Shown here: positions 1-9,230 of the stretch, one piece after another
Layout: each line of letters begins with the position of its first letter
Numbering within the stretch: the stretch's first letter is position 1
Source of the DNA: Candidatus Nomurabacteria bacterium
GTDB taxonomy: Bacteria; Patescibacteriota; Minisyncoccia; Phycocordibacterales; UBA9973
NCBI GenBank assembly: GCA_026395915.1
Contig: JAPLXU010000011.1
Location: forward strand, 15,688-79,687
DNA: 64,000 bases
Direction of reading: 5' to 3'
Notes under the pieces: generated by a model
What the model was told of the DNA's origin: nothing
The model's database searches: none
What the model saw: the letters and a program-made list of their open reading frames with translations, nothing else
Made by a program: the position numbers and the translations under genes

Positions 1-257
1 CTAGTCAAATAATCCAAATCCCCTTTGAGCGTGCCTGTCTGTTTTTGTTGTTCCTTTTGCTGGTTTATTAAATCCGTTAGTTGAGCTTCTATCTGAGCAA
101 GTTCATTTTTACAATAATCTTTATCGGATTGGGCAGAAGATACCGTAAGCGTCAGACAATCAAAATCTGCCTTTGCTTTTGAGGCAAATAATGGCGAAAA
201 AACAATAAAAGTAAAATTTAATATAAAGATAAAAGCTATGACCGTCTTTCTTGTCAT
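1..257 (-). CDS. Partial secreted coiled-coil protein (runs off the window start)
   Basis: ATG at 257. Manual translation MTRKTVIAFIFILNFTFIVFSPLFASKAKA-DFDC... looks like a signal peptide, followed by coiled-coil-like ELAQIEAQLTDLINQQKEQQKQ. Confidence 0.6.
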   Translation of the reverse strand, partial: MTRKTVIAFIFILNFTFIVFSPLFASKAKADFDCLTLTVSSAQSDKDYCKNELAQIEAQLTDLINQQKEQQKQTGTLKGDLDYLT

Positions 258-291
258 AGCTTTTATTATAGCACAAAAAATAATCAGTTTT

Positions 292-984
292 CTATTTCTT
301 CTCTGCTTTCTTTTCTGTCTTTTCTTCCTTAGCTGGAGCAGCAGCTTCGGCTCCCGGCGCTCCCTCTTCTTCTTTCTTGCCTTTCTTTTCAACTTCGATA
401 GCAGACAAATCAGGAGCAACAACGACTTCCTCTTTTTCTTCAACCTGAGCAACGATAGAAGCCACAACATCTCCCCCATTTGTGATTGCGACAACTCCGG
501 TTGGCAGTTTTATATTAGAAACGAAAACCTGATTTTCGAGCGTTTCAAGCGGAGAAATATCTACTGAGAGCTTCTGCGGCAAATGAGCTGGCAAAGCTTC
601 GATTTCGATCTCATGAAGCACTTTAACAAGGTTTCCAAGACCATTTTTGACAGCATTTGAAATACCCTCGAAAATAAGAGGCACTTTGACTCGTATTTTC
701 TTCTTCATATCCAGCGCTAGAAAATCAACATGAATAGGCTCGTCAGTCACAGGGTCAACTTGCACTTCGTGAATAAGAACATCGATATCTCCGCCCGGAA
801 TTGAAACTTTCACAGCAGAAGATTCTCCGGCCTCCCTCCAGACTTTCTTGAATTCCACGTTGGAAATTGAAATAGAAGTGGTATCTTTCCCAGCTCCATA
901 AAAAACAACTGGGATTTTCCCAGATTTCCTCAAGATTCCCAATTTTGTGTCCAAATCTCTTTTTTCCGCTTTGATTATAAACAT
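292..984 (-). CDS. rplY: 50S ribosomal protein L25/Ctc
   Basis: LRKSGKIPVVFYG and QVDPVTDEPIHVDF motifs; Ctc-type C-terminal domain and charged tail. Confidence 0.95.
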   Translation of the reverse strand: MFIIKAEKRDLDTKLGILRKSGKIPVVFYGAGKDTTSISISNVEFKKVWREAGESSAVKVSIPGGDIDVLIHEVQVDPVTDEPIHVDFLALDMKKKIRVKVPLIFEGISNAVKNGLGNLVKVLHEIEIEALPAHLPQKLSVDISPLETLENQVFVSNIKLPTGVVAITNGGDVVASIVAQVEEKEEVVVAPDLSAIEVEKKGKKEEEGAPGAEAAAPAKEEKTEKKAEKK

Positions 985-1156
985 AAAAATAGTATACAGA
1001 AAAAAAATAAAAAAGCAAATTGCGTTAGGTCTTATTTAGCGCAGAGGAGTCAACGTAGTAGAAGTTGATATTATATATTTATTATGTTAACTTTCATTTA
1101 TCGTGAGATGTTCTCATGACACAGCTCTGTGAGTTGTTCAACAAATAGGAGTCATT

Positions 1157-1444
1157 ATGCTAGCAAAGTTCGATGAAGTGACTGGCGCTTGTCTTGTCGG
1201 CCTGTTGTTGTTTGTACACAGCAAGAAAAACAGGTTAGTTCTTAAAAATGGTGAAGAGCATAAGGTGGTTTGTGTCAAAGCTGTAAATCCAGATAATCCG
1301 GATAACAGATCTGGAGAAACATCGTATGGTGTGACCCTTGATATTCTTGATTGGTTTCCCTACGAGGTTGGTCCTACCAGGAATCCGGTAGACCGGAAGT
1401 ACTTGACCAAAGTCCACGGAATCATCTACCCAAAACCGGCATAG
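1157..1444 (+). CDS. Hypothetical protein (orphan)
   Basis: AGGAG RBS before the ATG and a terminator-like hairpin downstream. Confidence 0.6.
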   Translation: MLAKFDEVTGACLVGLLLFVHSKKNRLVLKNGEEHKVVCVKAVNPDNPDNRSGETSYGVTLDILDWFPYEVGPTRNPVDRKYLTKVHGIIYPKPA

Positions 1445-1450
1445 AAACAT

Positions 1451-1501
1451 ACCCACCCCGAACGGAGAAACCCTCCGTCCGCGCGGTGGGTTTCTTTTTT
1501 T
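1451..1501 (+). terminator. Rho-independent terminator-like hairpin
   Basis: ACCCACC...GGTGGGT stem followed by TTCTTTTTTT. Confidence 0.6.
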
Positions 1502-1515
1502 ACATTAGGTCTTGC

Positions 1516-2520
1516 CTAACTTGATTTGTATTTCCCTACGCTTGCCAAACTGTTGTTTTCGGCTGATAACAGGAGAAGTCTTTGCGCTTCGGCTATATCT
1601 TCCGGATTTTTTGCCCACGCTTCCATCGCCTCGTTCTGGATTGCTCGGCCGTATGAGAACGTCAGTGGCCACGGCAATGGACCTAGATTTTTCATTTCAT
1701 TCAAATTTTTCGTCGCCTCTTCGTCCTTTTGTCCGCCAGAGAGAAAGACAATCCCGCCAATTTCATTCGGCACTTTTTCTTTGAGACATTTGATAGTGCT
1801 CTGCGCTATTTCCTGATTATAGACGGCAACTTTTGCATCATTTCCGGGAAGCACCATGCTCGTTTTCAAAATCATTCCCGGGAAAAATATATCTGCCAAC
1901 TTGAGTTCGTTAAAGACTACTTCTAAATTGCGCGCAATCGCTTGGTAACATTCTTCCATCGTATGATCACCTTCAATCAAAACTTCCGGTTCGACAATCG
2001 GCACGAGATTGTTTTTCTGGCACAACTCCGCGTATTTTGCAAAAAGCTTCGCGTTTTCTTTCATACAATCAAGACTTGGAGTTTTTTCTCCTATGGTGTA
2101 GACCGCGCGCCATTTGGCAAAAGTCGCGCCGAGTTTTTTATGTTCTTTCAGTCTATCTTCTAAACCTTCCAGCCCTTCGGTGATTTTTTCTCCTGTATGC
2201 TCGGGAAAATCGGAAAGACCACCATCAACTTTGATACCCACTTCTATGCCTTTTGATTGCAAAACAGAAATGAAACTTTTTCCATCTGCTGTAGATTGTC
2301 TAATCGTCTCGTCAAAAAGAATGTAGCCCGAAATATATTTCTCGATATCCGGCGCCGTGATGAGAAGCTCGCGATATTCTCTCCTTTTTTCTTCGGTTGT
2401 TTGTACGCCGAGTTTCTCGAAACGACTGTTGCACGTCCTTAAACTTTCATCAATAGCCAAAAGACCTTTTGGCGACACCATCAGACGTTTTATTGTTTCA
2501 ATTAAAATTTCTTCATTCAT
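1516..2520 (-). CDS. fbaB: Class I fructose-bisphosphate aldolase
   Basis: KGLLAIDES, GIKVD, FAKWRAV, VPIVEPEV, FLSGGQ and TFSYGRA motifs. Confidence 0.92.
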   Translation of the reverse strand: MNEEILIETIKRLMVSPKGLLAIDESLRTCNSRFEKLGVQTTEEKRREYRELLITAPDIEKYISGYILFDETIRQSTADGKSFISVLQSKGIEVGIKVDGGLSDFPEHTGEKITEGLEGLEDRLKEHKKLGATFAKWRAVYTIGEKTPSLDCMKENAKLFAKYAELCQKNNLVPIVEPEVLIEGDHTMEECYQAIARNLEVVFNELKLADIFFPGMILKTSMVLPGNDAKVAVYNQEIAQSTIKCLKEKVPNEIGGIVFLSGGQKDEEATKNLNEMKNLGPLPWPLTFSYGRAIQNEAMEAWAKNPEDIAEAQRLLLLSAENNSLASVGKYKSS

Positions 2521-2524
2521 TTTT

Positions 2525-3997
2525 TTATTTTAACAAATCTATTAAAATTTGCTTCGTCACTGCCGGATTCGCAGAACCTTTTGTTTCTTTCATTATTTGG
2601 CCAACGAGAGACATAAGCGCCTGCTCCTTGCCACCTTTATAATCCGCAACAACTTTCGCATTCGCCTCGATAATTTTCTGCGCGATTTGTTTGAGCTCGT
2701 TTGTGTCGTTACTTTGAAGCAGTTTTTTCTCTGTCGCGATTTTGAGCGGAGAACCGTCATCAATCACAATAATCGCTAAAATATCTTTGGCAGCGCGGGA
2801 AGAAATTTTATTTTCGGCAACCAAATTTACCAACTCAGAAAAATTATTCGCAGACGGAAGCCTTGCTTCCGTTTTTGCTTTTTTTAGTCCCATAAAATCT
2901 GAGGTTGTATAGTTCGAAGCTATTTTTATTTTTTCTTTGTCTCCCAAGATTTTTGCAACATTCTCGAACCAAGCGCCCAAGAGAGGATCATTTATATAGG
3001 CCTCTATATCTTCGTCTTTGATGCCGAAATCTTTTTTGTATCTAGCGCGCTTCCCCGCTGGCAACTCTGGCAATTCTTTTTTCATCTTTTCCAAATCAAA
3101 AGCTTCGTGCAGTCTTAATTTTGGCAAATCTGGCTCTGGAAAATATCTGTAATCAGCGCTCCCCTCTTTTTTCCTCTGAGAAAAAGTTTTTTGCTTATTT
3201 TCATCCCAGCCACGCGTTTCTTGAATTATCTCCGATTCTTTACCTTCTTCAAAGAGCTGTGCCATGCGATCGAGTTCGTATTTTATGGCTCGTTCGACGC
3301 TTCTAAACGAATTTAAATTTTTCACTTCTACTTTTGTGCCAAGTTTTTTCGGATCAGTTGAAACAGAAATATTCGCCTCAACTCGCATTTCACCCTTTTC
3401 CATATTCGCCTCGGACACGCCCAAATACCAAAGTATGAGCTGAAGCTCTTTTGCAAATCTTGACGCTTTTTCTGCAGCTTCGTCGGAACTTTCCAAAGTG
3501 TGCGGTTCGGTCACAAGCTCCATCAAAGGCACACCAGAACGGTTGAAATCAATCAGAGAATATCCGTCGTTTCGGGTGTTGGACACCTGAAATTCTGGGT
3601 GTCCAACACCCGAAACATGCTTATTGTTGGCCGTATCTTCCTCTAAGTGCACACGAGTTATATCCATTCCGGCTAAATTTCCGCCGGAAACTATCGGATA
3701 TTTGTATTGCGAAATCTGATAACCTTTAGGGATGTCCGGATAAAAATAATTCTTGCGATCAAACTCAGAAAAGTCGGCAATTTTGCCATTAATAGCCAAA
3801 CCAACTTTGATCACATTCTCTATCGCTTTTTTGTTTATAACCGGCAGAGCTCCTGGATGCGCCATACAAACCGGACAGACATTCACGTTCGGCTTTTCCT
3901 CGTCAGGATCGTTCTTGCAAGCGCAAAACATCTTTGTCTGTGTAGCCAATTCAGCATGTATTTCCAAACCAATTGTCGGATAATATTTTTTACTCAT
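2525..3997 (-). CDS. gatB: Asp/Glu-tRNA amidotransferase subunit B with a 16-aa palindrome-encoded insertion
   Basis: IGLEIH, FDRKNYFYPD, HLEED, DYRYFPEPDL motifs. Confidence 0.97.
   Translation of the reverse strand: MSKKYYPTIGLEIHAELATQTKMFCACKNDPDEEKPNVNVCPVCMAHPGALPVINKKAIENVIKVGLAINGKIADFSEFDRKNYFYPDIPKGYQISQYKYPIVSGGNLAGMDITRVHLEEDTANNKHVSGVGHPEFQVSNTRNDGYSLIDFNRSGVPLMELVTEPHTLESSDEAAEKASRFAKELQLILWYLGVSEANMEKGEMRVEANISVSTDPKKLGTKVEVKNLNSFRSVERAIKYELDRMAQLFEEGKESEIIQETRGWDENKQKTFSQRKKEGSADYRYFPEPDLPKLRLHEAFDLEKMKKELPELPAGKRARYKKDFGIKDEDIEAYINDPLLGAWFENVAKILGDKEKIKIASNYTTSDFMGLKKAKTEARLPSANNFSELVNLVAENKISSRAAKDILAIIVIDDGSPLKIATEKKLLQSNDTNELKQIAQKIIEANAKVVADYKGGKEQALMSLVGQIMKETKGSANPAVTKQILIDLLK
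3569..3616. repeat. 48-bp palindrome (perfect 19-bp arms) in-frame in gatB
   Basis: GTTTCGGGTGTTGGACACC-N10-GGTGTCCAACACCCGAAAC; encodes VSGVGHPEFQVSNTRN. Confidence 0.9.
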
Positions 3998-4048
3998 ACT
4001 TTTTATATATTACCATATTATTGAAAATACGATAAATTTTCCAGCTTT

Positions 4049-4082
4049 TCTACCATGTTGAACATATGTAAAAGATAGTAGA
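4049..4082. repeat. 34-bp imperfect palindrome, copy 1 (downstream of the Cas2/PaaX-like gene)
   Basis: TCTACCATGTTGAACATATGTAAAAGATAGTAGA. Confidence 0.85.
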
Positions 4083-4093
4083 AAACATTAAAA

Positions 4094-4663
4094 CTAATTC
4101 TTTGATTCAAGAGTTCCATTTTTTGCAACCTCCAAGATTTCCACATAATCTATAATCCCCAGCCTATTTATATCAACGATAAACCTTTCTGGTAACGTCA
4201 CTTTGCCAACCCAAACACTTTTGTGAATCAAATTAAAACCTATCATCCGTAGCATATCTCTCAAGATATTTCTTTCTCTGTTAAAAGCCACTGGTATATC
4301 GTAACTCACGACTATCACACTTTCCCCTATCCTTTTCTTATATGCATCTTTGTTTAAGGAAAATGATTTTTTAAAATTATCTAATTTTTTCTTCCCTTTG
4401 TCACTCAAATATATTTGTTTTGAACTATTTTCCAGAATAAATCCTTGACTTTTTAATTTATATAAATATTTTCTAAATTTATCCATTTTTTGTTTGTCTA
4501 ATTGTGAATTTATTCTTTTATTTTGTATTTTAAAAAATTCATATTTTATTTTGCCTCCGGTCGCGCCATATCCAGCCTTAAGAAAAGCATTCGTAAAATC
4601 AATATAGTTGAACACTCCACTTTCCAAAGAGTTTAAAATTTTATAAAGTATTTCTCCTTTCAT
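4094..4663 (-). CDS. wHTH + Cas2/VapD-like (PaaX-like) protein, no CRISPR array nearby
   Basis: wHTH-like LYKLKSQGFI...IYLSDKGKK, then VVSYDIP...RNILRDMLRMIGF..IHKSVW, the pattern of the Cas2/PaaX central ferredoxin-like domain. Confidence 0.8.
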   Translation of the reverse strand: MKGEILYKILNSLESGVFNYIDFTNAFLKAGYGATGGKIKYEFFKIQNKRINSQLDKQKMDKFRKYLYKLKSQGFILENSSKQIYLSDKGKKKLDNFKKSFSLNKDAYKKRIGESVIVVSYDIPVAFNRERNILRDMLRMIGFNLIHKSVWVGKVTLPERFIVDINRLGIIDYVEILEVAKNGTLESKN

Positions 4664-4692
4664 ACCATCTATTATACAACAATTTTATCTCG

Positions 4693-4726
4693 TCTACTAT
4701 ATCGAACATATGTTAAAGATAGTAGA
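4693..4726. repeat. 34-bp imperfect palindrome, copy 2 (upstream of the Cas2/PaaX-like gene)
   Basis: TCTACTATATCGAACATATGTTAAAGATAGTAGA; direct orientation to copy 1. Confidence 0.85.
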
Positions 4727-4758
4727 CAAACCAAAATCTAGTTTATTACAATAAAATT

Positions 4759-5132
4759 TTAGGATAATTCTTTTATTAAAAAATCTAGCACCCTATTAGC
4801 CTTATTTATGTCTTCTTGCGTATAGAATCTTTTAGTCCCTCTTATGGAAGAGCAAAACTTAAAAAATTCTTCACATCCTTTTTTAGTTTCAGAACCATTT
4901 ATTAATTTTAATTGATTCAAACGCAAAATAACTCCTGACACTGTGTTAAAAAAATTGGTTCTACATTTGTACTTATGATAGTTTGGCATACCAGGTAGTA
5001 ATCTTTCTGAAGGAAACTCTTCTATGTAATCAAACCTCAATTCTTTAAGAATTTTTTTATATTTCTTTTTGTACTCTAAAATTTGTTCAGGATTTAGTTT
5101 TTTTCTTTAAATTGTCTAAAATTTTCTTCCAT
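4759..5132 (-). pseudogene. Hypothetical gene with a 1-nt frameshift in an A7 run
   Basis: ATG at 5132 (MEENFRQFKEKN*) joins the 4759..5040 frame if one A is added to the run at 5098-5104. Confidence 0.55.
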
Positions 5133-5142
5133 ATAAATTATT

Positions 5143-6153
5143 CTATTTCTTCGTCAAAATTTTCACCAAAGCGTCGTTGAATTTCTTTACCATTTTATCA
5201 TCATAAAGAGATAATACAAAAACATTTTTGCTGATCTTTTTAAAATCAGCGGTTTTCTTGGCAATAATTTTTGGATCATCTACCACGTCGGCTTTTGTCA
5301 AAACAATTATTTCTTCTTTATTTGAAAGGCCGTCTTCGTTCAAACCCAACATCTTGTCATATTTTGCCAATTCTTTGCGGATTTCTTTGTAGCTTTTCAT
5401 CATTCCAGTCGAGCCTTTTGACAGATTTTCAAATGAAACCAAGTGCGCGAGCATTTTTGTGCGTTTGATATGACGCAAGAATTTCACCCCGAGCCCCTTG
5501 CCTTCGGATGCGCCTTCAATAACACCGGGAATGTCGGCAACAATAAAACCAAAAAAGTCTCCGAGATTCGGATCAAGCGTAGTGAAAGGATAATCGCCAA
5601 CTTTCGCATCAGCATTTGTGAGAGCATTCAGCAAGGAAGATTTCCCCGCATTCGGAAGTCCGATAAATCCGACATCGGCAAAAAGTTCTAATTCGATTTT
5701 AAAGTCTGCCTTTTCTCCAGCGCCCCCAATATTCGATTCTTGCGGAGTCGTATTTACCGAACTTTTAAAATGTTCGTTTCCATAACCTCCATACCCGCCT
5801 TTCAAAAGCAAAATTGTTTCTCCTTCGGATGCCAACTGCCATTTTTCGTCAGTGATAAGATTGGTAATGATAGAACCGACAGGCAACTCCAAAATAAGAT
5901 CCTCTCCGTTTTTCCCGTGCAAGCTTTTGCTTCCGCCATCTTCCCCCCTGCCCGCAATAAAATCTTTTTTCGCTTTATATTTCAAAAGTATGTGAACATC
6001 ACGGACAGCTTTCACATAAAAATTCCCACCACGTCCGGCATCTCCACCAGCGGGTCCGCCCTTCGGTTCGAACTTTTGCCTATGCCAGCGCACTACGCCG
6101 TTTCCTCCTTGTCCGGCTTCCGCATGTATTTTTATTTCATCAATGAATGCCAT
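5143..6153 (-). CDS. obgE: GTPase Obg/CgtA
   Basis: FIDE...GGPAGGD Obg fold; GLPNAGKSS, YPFTTL, DIPG, TKAD motifs. Confidence 0.97.
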   Translation of the reverse strand: MAFIDEIKIHAEAGQGGNGVVRWHRQKFEPKGGPAGGDAGRGGNFYVKAVRDVHILLKYKAKKDFIAGRGEDGGSKSLHGKNGEDLILELPVGSIITNLITDEKWQLASEGETILLLKGGYGGYGNEHFKSSVNTTPQESNIGGAGEKADFKIELELFADVGFIGLPNAGKSSLLNALTNADAKVGDYPFTTLDPNLGDFFGFIVADIPGVIEGASEGKGLGVKFLRHIKRTKMLAHLVSFENLSKGSTGMMKSYKEIRKELAKYDKMLGLNEDGLSNKEEIIVLTKADVVDDPKIIAKKTADFKKISKNVFVLSLYDDKMVKKFNDALVKILTKK

Positions 6154-6165
6154 ATGTGTTTAATG

Positions 6166-6280
6166 TAAGTTATAAAATATAATTTTTCGTAGGGGTTTCG
6201 AGGCTGTCGAGCCGAGAACTTCAGGATTTTTTAAGCTTAAAAAAATCCGTACCAAAGAAAAATTGATATTTTATAGCTTA
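6166..6280. repeat. ~115-bp branched palindromic element related to the tsaD insert
   Basis: Outer stem TAAGTTATAAAATAT/ATATTTTATAGCTTA; core TTTCGAGGCTGTCGAGCCGAGA; second hairpin GGATTTTTT..AAAAAATCC. Confidence 0.7.
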
Positions 6281-7183
6281 CCCTAATATCGCTAATTTTG
6301 CTAATTTAATTGCCCCTTCTTTTGATTTCGCAACCGCAAGAAATAAGTTTTTATGACAGAAAACTGCATCTGAAACTCCAGTTATTTTTTGCAACTCGTC
6401 TGATTTTAATCCACCCCAAGATTTGGGAAAATCTTTTCTGTTTTTAAAAATTTTTAGATCTTCTCGAAGTGCCTTCACTGACCATTTATTCTTTATCATT
6501 CTACTCGGGCAAACGACAAAAAGTGGTTCTGGATAATCTTGCAATATACTTTCATATGGATAATGCTTATCTAAAATTATTACTCTTTTATCTTCTGTTT
6601 CTTTGTAAGTCAAAATTACTACTTCTTCAGCTAAAACTAGATCTCTGGCTTGGACTATTTCTCTAGACAAAATATCCTTTGCCATCTGCACACATTTTAA
6701 AAACATTTCATCATCTGTAACATTTTCTTCCCGCCAGGTTGGACTCATTGAATAAAAAAAATGTTGAATAGAATATGTAGAAACTTCATAAATATTTGTA
6801 ACTAAATCAAAACCGTTATCATGCGCATCAACAGGAGCTACTAATTTTTTATCTATTATTTCACTAGCTTTTCCTGATCCAGAAAGTTCTTCGCCAAACT
6901 TTTTCCAAATAAGACCAAAGGATGAGTATTCTATGTTGTTGTCTCTCTTGCCTGCCCCGCCCGGTTGATGATGATCAAATCTGTTTAACTTTTCGTCATA
7001 CACGCCACCGACATCAAAAACATAATCGGCGCCGGCTATTATCTCCTCGTCTCTTGTGCGAATTATTGTGAAAGGCTTGTTGTCTTTCTCAAGTAATAGA
7101 GACAATGTCGCGCAAGCAAATATATCATCCGCGTGAAACGAACCATCATGCGTAACTAATTTTAATTTTTTAGTCTTTTTCAT
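6278..7183 (-). CDS. MYG1 family (DHH-like) exonuclease/hydrolase
   Basis: THDGSFHADD, DVGG, FDHHQ, FCH motifs. Start moved to MKKTKKL. Confidence 0.9.
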   Translation of the reverse strand: MKKTKKLKLVTHDGSFHADDIFACATLSLLLEKDNKPFTIIRTRDEEIIAGADYVFDVGGVYDEKLNRFDHHQPGGAGKRDNNIEYSSFGLIWKKFGEELSGSGKASEIIDKKLVAPVDAHDNGFDLVTNIYEVSTYSIQHFFYSMSPTWREENVTDDEMFLKCVQMAKDILSREIVQARDLVLAEEVVILTYKETEDKRVIILDKHYPYESILQDYPEPLFVVCPSRMIKNKWSVKALREDLKIFKNRKDFPKSWGGLKSDELQKITGVSDAVFCHKNLFLAVAKSKEGAIKLAKLAILG

Positions 7184-7778
7184 TATCATAAAATTCTTCA
7201 AAAATCTCATAAACCCAACCGATAAACTTATCAAGGATAATATACAGTATAAACAGTCCAAGAACCACCATTGAAAATCTCCCTATTTTTTGGCTGACAT
7301 GCAAAGCAGTGAAGCTGAAAAAATAACCCAAAGACAAGAGGAGTGGCGCCCAAATTATCGTCGCTGAGATTTCCGCTTTTAGATATTTTTTGTAATCGAT
7401 TTTTTCAAAACCGCAAAAAACTATAACTACATGATTTATTCCCACCAAAAACTTCGAAATAAAAATTGACCAGAAAGGCTTCGCTTTGAATCTTGGCAAA
7501 ACGCTATACACTCTCCTTTGAATATACCTGAAAAATCTATGATGATTGTACTTTTTAAACAAAAATTCTCCTAAAGCGTAACCTAAAAAAGTTTTTGACA
7601 ACGCTCCCAGTAAGACGAAAATCAGAGCTATCCAAAAATTCAAAGCGCCTAGATGAGTTAGAATTCCGGTGGAAATTAAGAAAAATTCTCCTTCAACAAT
7701 CAGTCCTAAAAAAATCACCGCGTAAACCAAAACCTGATGGTGCTCTACTAACCCAATTAAAAGATTTACGGTGTGCAT
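7170..7778 (-). CDS. DedA/VTT family membrane protein
   Basis: EGEFFLISTG, LGYALG, FISKFLVG pattern; multiple TM segments. Confidence 0.8.
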   Translation of the reverse strand: MHTVNLLIGLVEHHQVLVYAVIFLGLIVEGEFFLISTGILTHLGALNFWIALIFVLLGALSKTFLGYALGEFLFKKYNHHRFFRYIQRRVYSVLPRFKAKPFWSIFISKFLVGINHVVIVFCGFEKIDYKKYLKAEISATIIWAPLLLSLGYFFSFTALHVSQKIGRFSMVVLGLFILYIILDKFIGWVYEIFEEFYDNEKD

Positions 7779-7781
7779 AAA

Positions 7782-8234
7782 TTAAAATAGGCTTTCGACA
7801 ACTTCTTTGACCAGAGCTCCGTCGGCTTTGCCTTTTAAATCTTTCATCAAAGCAGACATCAACATGCCTTTTTTTGTGGCGTCGGTGATTTTTAATTCTT
7901 CTTTTTTTGCACGAGCGATTTTTATAACCTCGTTTTTGTCCATCATTTTTGGTAAATAAGTTTCAAGTATTGTGAGCTCTGCTTGTTCTTCTTTCACCAA
8001 GTCTTCCCTGTTTCCTTTTTTGAACTGTTCTATTGAATCTTTGCGTTGTTTTGCGAGTCGAGTAATAACAGCAATAGCCTCCGCGTCAGTAAGCATTTCT
8101 TGAGGTTTCCTGTTTTTTGCGACAAGTTCATTTGTAAAAGCGGAGGACATAGCTCGAAACGCCTTCAAACGTAAGGCATCGTGCGCCAGCATAGCTTCTT
8201 TTATTCCATTTTTGACTTGTTCGTATAGTGACAT
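7782..8234 (-). CDS. yqeY: GatB/YqeY domain protein
   Basis: IKEAMLAHD, KQRKDSIEQF..GNREDL, YLPK, KGKADG. Start moved to MSLYEQ. Confidence 0.9.
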   Translation of the reverse strand: MSLYEQVKNGIKEAMLAHDALRLKAFRAMSSAFTNELVAKNRKPQEMLTDAEAIAVITRLAKQRKDSIEQFKKGNREDLVKEEQAELTILETYLPKMMDKNEVIKIARAKKEELKITDATKKGMLMSALMKDLKGKADGALVKEVVESLF

Positions 8235-8412
8235 AAGACATAGAAAAATTATTTTATAAAGCAATCTATCTGGCGAAGCTTCGCCAGCGAACTTCTCGTC
8301 GCTCAAGAAAATAATATTCGGATTACCTCATTTATTTTCTAAGCTCCTGCGAAAGGCTTTCTAAAACAACATTTCTATGTCTAGTATACCAAAACTGTGC
8401 TAAAATAGCACT

Positions 8413-9129
8413 ATGTCTAAAATTATATTTTTCGATACGGAAACTACCGGTAACACAGAAAAGGATTTCTTGTGCCAGATTGCTTACAAAACGGGTGGCG
8501 AAAGTTTCACCGGCCTCTACAAGCCTCCGATAAGAATCCCGCCGGAAGCTTCCGCTGTGCATCACATCACAAACAAAATGGTTGCTGAAAAACCAACTTT
8601 TTATCAAAGTGGCGATTTACAAAAAATAAAAAAACTTTTCGAAGACAAAAACTCCATAGTCGTTGCCCACAACGCTCCTTTTGACCTGGCAATAATAAAA
8701 AAGGAAGGCATTACGCCCGCAAATTTTATCTGCACGCTTCGATTGGCAAGATATTTAGATAAAGAAGAAAAAATCGAGAGGTTCAATCTGCAATATCTGC
8801 GTTATTTGCTTGAAATAGAGGTAAACGCTACGGCCCACGACGCGTTGGGAGACGTCTTGGTGTTGGAAAAACTTTTTGAAAGATTGAAAGACAAAATGAA
8901 AAAAGAAGATAAGTTAAGCGACGAAGAAATATTAAAAAAAATGGTAGAAATATCTTCTCATCCATCGCTCTTGAGAACATTCGGTTTTGGTAAATACAAT
9001 GGCAAAAAAATCGAAGAGGTGGCAAAAATAGACAAAGGTTACCTAGATTGGCTTCTAACGCAGAAACTCGCAAGTGACCAAATAGACGAAGATTGGATTT
9101 ACACTTTGAAGCACTATTTGGGGAAATAA
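8413..9129 (+). CDS. DEDDh 3'-5' exonuclease (ExoX-like)
   Basis: FDTETTG, VAHNAPFD, AHDALGD; C-terminal FGKYNGK...YLDWL. Confidence 0.9.
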   Translation: MSKIIFFDTETTGNTEKDFLCQIAYKTGGESFTGLYKPPIRIPPEASAVHHITNKMVAEKPTFYQSGDLQKIKKLFEDKNSIVVAHNAPFDLAIIKKEGITPANFICTLRLARYLDKEEKIERFNLQYLRYLLEIEVNATAHDALGDVLVLEKLFERLKDKMKKEDKLSDEEILKKMVEISSHPSLLRTFGFGKYNGKKIEEVAKIDKGYLDWLLTQKLASDQIDEDWIYTLKHYLGK

Positions 9130-9132
9130 ATT

Positions 9133-9230
9133 ACCACCTCGCTCTGACTAAAAAGTCAGAGCACTCCTCCTTATCAAGGAGGAGATTCCTAGAAACTCCC
9201 CTCCTTGTGGAGGAGGGGGTTGGGGGTGGT
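9133..9230. repeat. DUF559-associated palindromic repeats, copies 1-2
   Basis: ACCACCTCG-hairpin-CACTCCTCCTT-ATC-AAGGAGGAG (9133-9184) and inverted CTCCCCTCCTT-GTGG-AGGAGGGGGTTGGGGGTGGT (9196-9230). Confidence 0.85.

Noticed and set aside
4049-4726. Cas2-like gene plus 34-bp repeats as a CRISPR-Cas locus
   Set aside because: The repeats are separated by a whole gene; no array and no cas1 or effector gene in the window.
5405-5424. Possible repeat insert in obg (LSKGSTG)
   Set aside because: Hairpin too weak and no second copy seen.
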